A stretch of DNA of 33,227 nt from a virus (IMGVR_UViG_3300042326_001226:1-33227); one strand, 5' to 3'. Counted from the stretch's first letter, positions 18,123-25,645 are shown. A program made the numbers and translations. Notes: generated from the letters alone by a model not told the origin.

Positions 18123-18550
18123 GGCTGCTCCTCCTTCGGTTGGTGCCACGGGTCACGGCATAGAGCCATCTCACCATCGAAGTTGGTGATGATGTAGCCC
18201 GCTTTAATAATCAGTTTCTCTAGCGCGGCGTTGTCACGCTCCAGTTGTTTCACCTTCCCGAGTAGAGGAGGCACGCAGGTGCAGTGCTGCTCTTCGGACC
18301 GATGCTCAAGGGCGTGCGCTACCGCATTCTCCCAGTCATCTACCTTTTCCCGCAGCGCGACGTTCTCGCGCTGGAGCTCCGCAATCGTCGAGCGCAATGC
18401 TGCCTCCCGCGAAGCGCCTGCTTCGGCTGTTATCTCCAACTTTTCGAATGCCTTCTCCAATTCCTCAATGCGCTCAGTCGCCTCAGTTGGGTTCATTCGC
18501 ACCCACTGATTAGTGATGTAGCTCACGGGTTGATTAGTCTTTGTGGTCAT
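18119..18550 (-). CDS. Coiled-coil hypothetical protein
   Basis: Heptad repeats (ELQRENVALREK, QLERDNAALEK) flank an HCTC motif. Confidence 0.65.
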   Translation of the reverse strand: MTTKTNQPVSYITNQWVRMNPTEATERIEELEKAFEKLEITAEAGASREAALRSTIAELQRENVALREKVDDWENAVAHALEHRSEEQHCTCVPPLLGKVKQLERDNAALEKLIIKAGYIITNFDGEMALCRDPWHQPKEEQP

Positions 18551-18641
18551 AGTCGGGCCAGTTCTTGCTTCGGATGACGGCGATGACGACGCCCACGTTC
18601 ACCCCCGTTAGGAAGGCAAGTATGCACAAGATGATAATCAC
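18534..18641 (-). CDS. 35-aa single-TM protein, absent from the ORF track
   Basis: Translated by hand: MIIILCILAFLTGVNVGVVIAVIRSKNWPDYDHKD*. GTG overlaps the upstream stop with GAGGAGG upstream, and it fills the gap. Confidence 0.6.
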   Translation of the reverse strand: MIIILCILAFLTGVNVGVVIAVIRSKNWPDYDHKD

Positions 18642-18847
18642 GACGCCTCCTCGATGGCATTGTCAATGCAGGAAGACCGGCTGGCCTTCTTGCGGTGGTA
18701 GTTGGTTAGCACGCGCTGGTTGTGCAGCTTGCGCAACAGTTCCTGTTCACGCTCAGCCCACTCTTTGCGAGTGAGGTGTTCAAGGTATCCCTTATTGGAC
18801 ACCAGCTTTACCCCAAAGCACGCTAGCAGTTTGTTTATTGTGTTCAT
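18638..18847 (-). CDS. Hypothetical protein
   Basis: MNTINKLLACFG...; tiles the operon. Confidence 0.5.
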   Translation of the reverse strand: MNTINKLLACFGVKLVSNKGYLEHLTRKEWAEREQELLRKLHNQRVLTNYHRKKASRSSCIDNAIEEAS

Positions 18848-19214
18848 AGGCAATCATTTCGATACGCCGCCCATAGGCCAGCGTGTCATCCTTCTTGTGG
18901 CCCCTCGGGCCACCCTTGTGCACACGCGCCAGCGTCTGCACATCTCCAGTCGCCCACGCCCTCGGGGCGTAGCGCTTCATATACCCCTCGACCACTAGCT
19001 TGGCCTTCTGCAAGTCGTCGCAGTCGGACCAGCTTCCACCGACGTTGCTATCCTCCCAATAGGCCCTGCTGATTTGCAGCGGGCCTCGATACTCACCCCA
19101 AGACACACGCCCCAGCCTCCCTCCACTCTCAACTTGATGGAGCGCGACCCAGAACGCCGCGCTGGGAGCAGCCAAGCATTGGCCTGAAAGCAGAAGGAAG
19201 AGGAGCGTGCGCAT
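18792..19214 (-). CDS. Lysozyme-fold muralytic enzyme, i-type lysozyme/destabilase-like, with signal peptide
   Basis: Signal MRTLLFLLLSGQCLA, putative catalytic QVES, then GPLQISRAYWED, YMKRY and LARVHKGGPRG. Confidence 0.75.
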   Translation of the reverse strand: MRTLLFLLLSGQCLAAPSAAFWVALHQVESGGRLGRVSWGEYRGPLQISRAYWEDSNVGGSWSDCDDLQKAKLVVEGYMKRYAPRAWATGDVQTLARVHKGGPRGHKKDDTLAYGRRIEMIAYEHNKQTASVLWGKAGVQ

Positions 19215-19224
19215 TGGGAGATGC

Positions 19225-19848
19225 TTAGAACGGGACGTCTTCCGAGTCGGCGGCGTCGGCCACCGTCTCAGCCTGCGTCACGCGACTGTTAGAGCGAGCC
19301 TTGGCCTCATCCGAGGCGTCGATCTTGCTCTTAATCCACTCGGGCACCGCAGACGGCACCACAATCGGGCCGTTCTCGGGGATGTCGAACACCACGGTGT
19401 CCATCGAGGGACGTACAGGTGCCATACCCTTCGTAAGCGGCATCACGCCTTGGATGCGGGCGTAGATGCGGCTAGGATCGGCCTTCCCGGGCTTGTGAAC
19501 GATGTTCAGCAAACAATTGGCCCCGATGATGTTCTTCAGATCGAACCCACCAAGCTCATCGTTGGTGAACGGACGCCCGCGCCAGCTCTCCAAGATGCCA
19601 CGCAGCGTGGCCTTCTTGCCGATGCTCATCGTGTATTCCGATGATATGATGCGCGGCTGAGGGCCGTCAGCAGTGGAGATGGTTTCGTGCGGCAGTTCCC
19701 AGCAGATCATCACCTTGCGGGCGGCACGGTATTGGGGATTGCCCGGGTCCTGCGTACCCAGATCAATCACCCCGTAACAGACGGCCTGATGCACCCCTGC
19801 GGGCACCGGCTCGATGGACTTACCACTATCAGCTTTTACGGTAGGCAT
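19225..19848 (-). CDS. Putative ssDNA-binding / replication protein
   Basis: PAGVHQAVCYGVIDLGTQ...WEL...LESWRGRPF phage family. Acidic C-tail ending DSEDVPF resembles the SSB tip. Confidence 0.7.
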   Translation of the reverse strand: MPTVKADSGKSIEPVPAGVHQAVCYGVIDLGTQDPGNPQYRAARKVMICWELPHETISTADGPQPRIISSEYTMSIGKKATLRGILESWRGRPFTNDELGGFDLKNIIGANCLLNIVHKPGKADPSRIYARIQGVMPLTKGMAPVRPSMDTVVFDIPENGPIVVPSAVPEWIKSKIDASDEAKARSNSRVTQAETVADAADSEDVPF

Positions 19849-19884
19849 ATGTGTGTTGGTTTGGCTCCCCGTTGCGGGGAGAAA

Positions 19885-20151
19885 TTAGTTGTTGGACGGA
19901 TCGCCTCGGGTCACTCGGACGTTGTCGCCATCCACCGAGAGGGAGAAGCCAGCAGCCTCGCGGGTGGCCCTCAACTCCTTGTGAAGCTCCTTGGCATAGC
20001 GCAGCGCCGTCTCCTGCTCCTTGCAGGTGGGCTCCAGCTCAAATCGGCTGAAGAGTCCATCAAGGACGATTTCGGTACGAACCATCAGCTCAAGGACGCA
20101 GATGACATCCTCCCGCTCGATGGCTTTGGTTAGCTCAGTTGTTTCTTTCAT
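19885..20151 (-). CDS. Hypothetical protein, first gene of the - strand operon
   Basis: 88-aa helical ORF on the operon strand. Confidence 0.55.
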   Translation of the reverse strand: MKETTELTKAIEREDVICVLELMVRTEIVLDGLFSRFELEPTCKEQETALRYAKELHKELRATREAAGFSLSVDGDNVRVTRGDPSNN

Positions 20152-20252
20152 CCCCAGCACTATCTATTATTTTCCCCAAAAATACTAGCTCTATTTTTAA
20201 GAGGCTAGTAAGGTGCTGTTGGATGGGTATTTACGATATTTCTTTTTGGGTT

Positions 20253-20338
20253 ATGCATCCAAACGCTGGTGCTGATGCAGGAACACGGGTGCACAGTTCA
20301 CCCATTGCTGGGTGATGCATCGAAACGCTGTCTGCTGA
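20253..20338. repeat. Imperfect direct repeat pair next to an AT-rich tract
   Basis: ATGCATCCAAACGCTGGTGCTGA (20253-20275) and ATGCATCGAAACGCTGTCTGCTGA (20315-20338). Confidence 0.7.
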
Positions 20339-20512
20339 GAGACGAGGTGTCCGGTATGCTGCCGCCCGTGCTGGTAGGCCAAGGCCCACGGGTTGTTCGG
20401 CGGTTCACTCCCAAAGGGAGCCGTATTAAGGGAAGCTGGTGTTGTCCGTCAGGCTTCCCGCCAGTACCGTTGAGTGATGCCTTGTTCAGGTCTCCACCCA
20501 CCGTATCAAACC

Positions 20513-20596
20513 CTTCTACCCTAGAAACAAGAAACCCCCACCCCGCTAAGCAGGGTGAGGGTCTTGGACTAGGTGACTAATCTAGTCCGGTAGAAG
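20513..20596 (-). ncRNA. Candidate structured RNA (three-way junction) in the operon leader
   Basis: Closing stem CTTCTACC/GGTAGAAG encloses a long hairpin (20528-20566) and the hairpin GGACTAG/CTAGTCC (20566-20588). It lies about 25 nt downstream of the predicted transcription start. Confidence 0.45.
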
Positions 20597-20625
20597 AGCG
20601 ACACAATGAACAACTGGCGACTCCC

Positions 20626-20653
20626 ACCATAGCACCACATCTCATTCCGTCAA
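20626..20653 (-). promoter_or_regulatory. Sigma70-type promoter for the replication operon
   Basis: Minus strand reads TTGACG-16 nt-TATGGT, with an extended -10 TG. Confidence 0.55.
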
Positions 20654-20756
20654 GGGGTTTTTGGCCCCCGGGGTGCATTTTTTTGAGCCCAGTTTCTGGA
20701 AATCGGTAAGCTATTTACTATCATAGGGTTGTGACCGTTGTTGTTCGATCCCGATC

Positions 20757-21038
20757 CTACAGCAGCCGTCGTCCACCCCTGCCGTTCCTCGCCCGATTGC
20801 TGCTCGCACGCTCCAGGACAATGCGCCCGCTCCTCGTGTGACTAGCGTCCTTCCCGTCGCCCTCGCTGCCCATCCTGCGGTTAGCAGCGTTCAACTCCGC
20901 CCGGTAGTCCCTCCTCTCCTCGCTCGCGTGGTAGCGCTTGTTGTAGGCGTTCTTCTTGCGCCTCGCCTCGGGATTCCTCGCAAAGTAACGACTGCTCTCG
21001 CTGGTTCCCGTGTATTTCCCCGCTAGCTTGTTGCGCAT
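20757..21038 (-). CDS. Small basic HNH-like phage protein (93 aa)
   Basis: Start MRNKLAG at 21038. GDGKDASH...ASSNRARN resembles the minimal His-Me motif common in podoviruses. Confidence 0.65.
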   Translation of the reverse strand: MRNKLAGKYTGTSESSRYFARNPEARRKKNAYNKRYHASEERRDYRAELNAANRRMGSEGDGKDASHTRSGRIVLERASSNRARNGRGGRRLL

Positions 21039-21183
21039 CCCCAATACTATCACATCACCAATTCTTTGGGGCTCCGCGACGGTGTGCAGCGTCCCGCTGA
21101 AGCGGGCCGCAGAAAATGGGCGGAGACGCAGGGGCTGCGCCCCCGCGACGCCCCCGCTCAAAAACACCTGTTCCGGGACCGAG

Positions 21184-21537
21184 TTGGGGCCCCTTGCCCC
21201 AATCGCCCTCCACAGAAGAGGTCCACCCCAGTTAGGAATCCCCTCAAGGGGATTCCAAGGCATGGGTCTTTCCAATCCCGCTCCGCGCCCAATGCGTCCA
21301 GCACAGTATGCAGCTTGCGCTCCAAGCGGCGCAAGCAGTCATAGCAACCAAGGGAGGCTGGCTGCCTCCCTTGGGCATCCCTCCGCCATCCAAGCGTCTC
21401 AGCATTAACAGACTTTGCTTCGCAAAGGCGCGGTGCTAGGGCACCGCTACAAAGCGCAGAAAGGGGGCTCGCCGCCCCCTTTCACACTATCCCCTGCCTT
21501 TGGCCATCTAGAGATTCTAGAGCGCCCCGAAGGGGCG
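21184..21537. other. Non-coding cluster of inverted repeats
   Basis: Nine stems: 21184-21202, 21235-21256, 21313-21336, 21348-21374, 21413-21427, 21430-21447, 21459-21483, 21507-21521 and 21523-21537. Confidence 0.8.
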
Positions 21538-21708
21538 CGGTCCGTCAGGAGGACGTGAACCCGTCGAGCAGGCGGTGGGTGAGGCGTATCTGGTTTCATC
21601 GCAAGGCAGCCTAACACGGCGGTCAAGGACGCTGGCCCTCCAAGCAGGGCTGCGCGCCGCTACGCGGTTTCTGCGAAATCCTTTGACCACCGTGTTAGGC
21701 CCAGAGCG

Positions 21709-22263
21709 ATGAAACCATCTACGTCCACACCCCCCGCCGAACCGCTCGCCGTCTTCACGTCCTCCAAGGCGACGGACATTAATAGTTATGCAAGTCAATT
21801 GTTGGCGAACGTTGATTTGGCGATACGTTGTGCAGAGGCAAAGATCGCACGGTTAGATGCGGCTGAGGAGGCGGCTGCCGCCGCCGAGATTAACCAAGAT
21901 GCGGTAAGAAGCGAGGAAAACCGTAGCAACGCACAGGCTAAGGAGTTCGATAGAGGACTAGAAGGGTCCGAGGCCGATGAGTCGGTCGCGCTTCGCGCCC
22001 GCGACACCCGCGAGCGACTGGACAACGTGCGGGAGCCGATTCGTCAATTCTCCGAAACCCTTGAACTACACAGGTCCTTCATAGTCGCTGGCCGCAGGAT
22101 GTACGTGTACTACAAGTTCCACCTCCACAACGACTCGGACGGTGTGAGCATTGCTACATTCAACACAGCCCCCGGCGGGTACGACAAGTGGCAAGAGACG
22201 AACCGTCACGACGCTCGGGTGCTCTGGAAAATCCTGTTGAAGCGCGGTTTCGTCGAAGGCTAA
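21709..22263 (+). CDS. Hypothetical early protein
   Basis: 184 aa with an acidic coiled-coil N-part and a small alpha/beta C-domain. First gene of the + module. Confidence 0.7.
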   Translation: MKPSTSTPPAEPLAVFTSSKATDINSYASQLLANVDLAIRCAEAKIARLDAAEEAAAAAEINQDAVRSEENRSNAQAKEFDRGLEGSEADESVALRARDTRERLDNVREPIRQFSETLELHRSFIVAGRRMYVYYKFHLHNDSDGVSIATFNTAPGGYDKWQETNRHDARVLWKILLKRGFVEG

Positions 22264-22321
22264 CCCTCGTCCTTACTATCACATCCTAATGGGGTATCGC
22301 CCCCATACGACTCTTCCACAT

Positions 22322-22600
22322 ATGAAGCCCTCACCCCGTACCACCCGCCAGTACGTACTGCCCGCCTGCTGGGCGTCCTACCTCATCAACCGCGATGCGA
22401 GCGGCCTTGACCACATCGAACGCGAGGCTGTCGAGGCCTTCCTGTCCAAGTGGGGCCACCACCGCGACGAGTGCCTGTCCGTCTCACGCGAGTTCGTGGG
22501 CCGCAGCCAACATTGCGGCCTGATTGCCGACGTTTGCGTGTACATCTTCTCATTTTCCCCCTCTTCGGGGGTTGCTCGCCCGGCTATGGGCCGCGCCTGA
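22322..22600 (+). CDS. Hypothetical phage protein (DUF6926-like)
   Basis: LPACWASYLINRDASGL motif recalled from phage early proteins. ATG at 22322. Confidence 0.6.
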   Translation: MKPSPRTTRQYVLPACWASYLINRDASGLDHIEREAVEAFLSKWGHHRDECLSVSREFVGRSQHCGLIADVCVYIFSFSPSSGVARPAMGRA

Positions 22601-22628
22601 CCGGCGCGTGACTACGCGACACACAACA

Positions 22629-23756
22629 ATGAAGACCATCACTTGGTCCGCCATCCGCAGCGCCCTCACCCAAGAGGGCCTTGCTTGGTCCGTCTGCACG
22701 GGCCTCCCCGCCAACGAAATGACGGGCATCGCCGTCACTCACTACATCAACGGCCTCATGGGCACCGAATCCTGCGTCAGCGCATTCCGCGTGAGCGGAG
22801 GCAACGAACTCGTCTGGGTCCCGCAATCCATCTTGCGAACCCATGTACCCGCCCGGTTCCGCCGTCTGCGCGGACTCGTCACTCATCCGTCCTTCGAAGT
22901 TGCGCGCAACGCCAGTATGTCAATCCGTCGCCGCCGCATCGAAGCCTTGAATACCGCAATACCCGACCCGCTCGCCAAGCCACTATCATCGCGCATGTAC
23001 GACCTCATCTACTCGGTGCCGCTCGCACCGGGAAGGCACTCCTCCAGCCTATGGAGCCTTCGGCACACATTCGATCTATACAACTACCAACACGCAGTAG
23101 GCTTAGAGTTCGAGTCTTACGGGTTAATCGAGCGCAAGGAACTGATCAAATCACTTCCGATATGGACACGGGTCGCAAGTGACGGATCAATTCGCCCTCC
23201 CGGCGACGCGCAAGGGCACGAGATTCGCGTCCTGCTCGACCGAGCAGTTGCGGAACCCCGTCTGTTCAACCTGTGCAAGCGCTTCGCGACGCTTGGCCTG
23301 CGCGTCAACAAGTCGTGCGGGCTGCACGTACACCTCGACGCACGAAGCCTGTCATACTCAGAGGTTGTTGCCCGCGCAAAGGTGATGGACAAGTGGCTGC
23401 ACGCCCTAATGGAACTGCTGCCAAGCTCGCGCCGAGACAACACCTACTGCAAGTGGGGCGTTTCCCCTCACGACCGCTACCGCGCCGTTAACGTGCAGTC
23501 GTGGAACGCGCATAGGACCATCGAAGTTAGATGCGGCTCTGCCACCCTAGACTACACCAAGGTGCTTAGCTGGCTCCGACTCGTGGAACTAATCCGTGCT
23601 GTGTCTCGCGGCCCCAAGGCTGGCTCGTGTATCGCCACCCTTGAGCAGCTTCCGCTGCCCGCGCACGACCTCGCATTCTGGCGAGCCCGCCATCGCGAGC
23701 TCAATCCCACGCAGTACACCACTGCTGCTACCGACACCACCACCGACAGCGAATAA
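22629..23756 (+). CDS. Putative amidoligase (COOH-NH2 ligase, Amidoligase_2-like)
   Basis: GLEFE, DGSI, GHEI, VNKSCGLHVHLD, RYRAVN and RTIEVR occur in the expected order. ATG at 22629. Confidence 0.85.
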   Translation: MKTITWSAIRSALTQEGLAWSVCTGLPANEMTGIAVTHYINGLMGTESCVSAFRVSGGNELVWVPQSILRTHVPARFRRLRGLVTHPSFEVARNASMSIRRRRIEALNTAIPDPLAKPLSSRMYDLIYSVPLAPGRHSSSLWSLRHTFDLYNYQHAVGLEFESYGLIERKELIKSLPIWTRVASDGSIRPPGDAQGHEIRVLLDRAVAEPRLFNLCKRFATLGLRVNKSCGLHVHLDARSLSYSEVVARAKVMDKWLHALMELLPSSRRDNTYCKWGVSPHDRYRAVNVQSWNAHRTIEVRCGSATLDYTKVLSWLRLVELIRAVSRGPKAGSCIATLEQLPLPAHDLAFWRARHRELNPTQYTTAATDTTTDSE

Positions 23757-23772
23757 TCCTACTATCACTACA

Positions 23773-24582
23773 ATGTGTAAGCTTCTCTTCCTCACGGGCC
23801 ACAAGCCCTCCCAGCGTAACTCCATCATCCGCCACGCTTGGCGCTATTTCGAGCGCACTGGCGAACGCGATGGCTTCGGCGCAGCGTGGATTTCACGCTC
23901 TGGCAAGCTCGCCCACATCCGCTCATCCAACCCACTCCTCACCAATCGCCTAACCGACTGGTCGGAAGGCTGGCACGACCAAGTGGGCTACAACGAGCCC
24001 TCCGATGGCTCCGCCCTCATCATCCACGGACGCAAGGCCACTTGTGGCAAGTCCCTCGACAACACGCATCCAATGCTAGACGTAGAGCAAGCTCTCGTCC
24101 ACAACGGCATCGTCGAGTCCGACCACTACAAGAACTCGTCCACCACCTGCGACTCAGAGCTCCTGCTCCGAGCTATGCAGGACAAGGGCACGGCAGGCCT
24201 TGCCTCCATCGAAGGCTACTTCGCCTTCGCCCTTCTCGATGCCAAGGCTCGCCGCCTCACCATCGTCAAGGACGACCAAGCCAATCTAGTCTCAGCCCGC
24301 ATCCCGGGCTATGGCTACGCATTCGGCACCACTAGGGAAGCCGTAGCTTGCGCCACACCCCTCGATTCATCCCCAGTCAAGGACTTCACCGCCCTTGAGT
24401 GGTCCACCCGCAAGCCCCACCGTCCCTTGTCCATCTCCAACTTCACCAAGAAGGAGAGGGTGTACGTTGCGCCTCAGTCCACCAACTGGCGCAGCGCCAA
24501 GGAATACTACGGGTCCATCGAGCGCACCAACGGCAGCACCCATCACGCCGCCGCGTCGTACAACGACCTGTTCAACCAATGA
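23773..24582 (+). CDS. Class II (Ntn) glutamine amidotransferase
   Basis: Start MCKL puts Cys at position 2. Followed by RDGFG, HGRKAT, NTHP, HNG and CDSE. Confidence 0.9.
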   Translation: MCKLLFLTGHKPSQRNSIIRHAWRYFERTGERDGFGAAWISRSGKLAHIRSSNPLLTNRLTDWSEGWHDQVGYNEPSDGSALIIHGRKATCGKSLDNTHPMLDVEQALVHNGIVESDHYKNSSTTCDSELLLRAMQDKGTAGLASIEGYFAFALLDAKARRLTIVKDDQANLVSARIPGYGYAFGTTREAVACATPLDSSPVKDFTALEWSTRKPHRPLSISNFTKKERVYVAPQSTNWRSAKEYYGSIERTNGSTHHAAASYNDLFNQ

Positions 24583-24740
24583 AGCACAACCTACTCGGCG
24601 GCTTTGCCGACTTCGCCCTCGGCGCCCTAGCAGCCCTATTCACCATGTGTAGCGTTCTGCTCTACCTCATCCTCTACGGCGGGCCTGACAAGCCCACCAG
24701 ACCCAAGCCCAAAAAGGAACACGAGGACTCACAGCAATAG
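24579..24740 (+). CDS. Small membrane protein (53 aa)
   Basis: ATGA overlap with the GATase stop. TM segment FALGALAALFTMCSVLLYLILY and a charged tail. Confidence 0.65.
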   Translation: MKHNLLGGFADFALGALAALFTMCSVLLYLILYGGPDKPTRPKPKKEHEDSQQ

Positions 24741-24769
24741 GTTAGCCCTCACATATCCCTCGCACACGC

Positions 24770-24799
24770 AAGCCCTAGGCTCACCCCTAGGGCTTTTTT
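24770..24799 (+). terminator. Rho-independent terminator of the early module
   Basis: Stem AAGCCCTAGG/CCTAGGGCTT followed by a T run. Confidence 0.85.
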
Positions 24800-24872
24800 G
24801 TTGCCCACGAATCTAGAGCGAGCCAGAGGCTCGCAGTAATCACCTGTTCCCTCCCAAGGTGCTCGTTCAGTA

Positions 24873-24948
24873 GGTGGGGGGGAGGGGGCTGCACGCCCCT
24901 TCGGGGCGTCCATACCATTGGGTCCACCCAGTCGGTTCAAAAAAATTT
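24873..24948. other. Candidate packaging-initiation / genome end region
   Basis: G run GGTGGGGGGGAGGGGG, a CTTCGG hairpin and an A7T3 tract in non-coding DNA upstream of the terminase genes. Strand composition flips from C-rich to G-rich here. Confidence 0.35.
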
Positions 24949-25082
24949 ACACAGTCGCCCGGTAACGGAAGGAGTTCCTGTGGGTTCCCCGGGGATTGAA
25001 AGGAGTAGGGGACGGGGGGAAGGCACCAAAAGTTACGCTGGTTTCGTAGAAAGATTCCATTTATGATTTATGGATGTGGATG

Positions 25083-25112
25083 TTGACAAAACTGGGCAGT
25101 ATTTTCTACACA
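25083..25112 (+). promoter_or_regulatory. Possible promoter for the packaging genes
   Basis: Perfect TTGACA at 25083 with A/T-rich upstream DNA, but a poor -10 (TACACA at 18-nt spacing). Confidence 0.3.
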
Positions 25113-25117
25113 GGGGT

Positions 25118-25645
25118 ATGAGTGAACGAGCTGCCATTAGGAAGGAAGTGGCCAAGGCCATAGTGGCGGCTGGGGAGAATGGCCGTAGCATTGAGGCGCG
25201 TCAGCCTGAGCGGGCGGCTAGGTTGTTGGAGTTGATGGCTGAGGGGAAGAGCTGGAAGAGCATTGTGCGTGACGAGGGGGTGGATTGGTACACGCTGGTG
25301 GGCCTGCGGGCTCGGCATAAGGGCTTGATAGAGAAGCGGAAGGAGATTGTGGCGCAGGATGCGATGGAGCTGATTGAGGGGGCTAGGATGCTCCAGCAGG
25401 AGAAGATGAAGATGTTGGCGGAGGACGAGGGAGCCCTTAAACGTGTGAACATCAGGGACTTGGCTATGAGCTACGGCATCTATGCCGATAAGTTCTTTAT
25501 GGCTACGGAGGGGAACAAGGTGACGGTGGAGCACAGGAGTGGAGCTCCCAGCCTTGAGGATGCGATGAAGGCGATTGAGGAGGCCAAGGCCAAGCTAAAG
25601 GCTGGCAGCATTGAGGTGGTGGCTAAGCCGGTGGAGGAATGTTGA
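25118..25645 (+). CDS. Putative terminase small subunit
   Basis: N-terminal HTH (LLELMAEGKSWKSIVRDEGVDWYTL) and helical core, upstream of TerL. ATG at 25118. Confidence 0.6.
   Translation: MSERAAIRKEVAKAIVAAGENGRSIEARQPERAARLLELMAEGKSWKSIVRDEGVDWYTLVGLRARHKGLIEKRKEIVAQDAMELIEGARMLQQEKMKMLAEDEGALKRVNIRDLAMSYGIYADKFFMATEGNKVTVEHRSGAPSLEDAMKAIEEAKAKLKAGSIEVVAKPVEEC

Noticed and set aside
20269-20580. 103-aa + ORF and 67-aa - ORF in the leader
   Set aside because: No recognisable motifs or start context and they overlap extensive stems; not fully excluded.
21010-21408. ORFs across the hairpin cluster, including the 5' extension of 20757-21275
   Set aside because: Low-complexity P/R/G translations in several frames with no motifs; the region is better explained as non-coding.
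21184-21537. Possible CRISPR array or tRNA cluster
   Set aside because: The hairpins differ in sequence, with no repeat-spacer periodicity and no cloverleaf with T-loop consensus.
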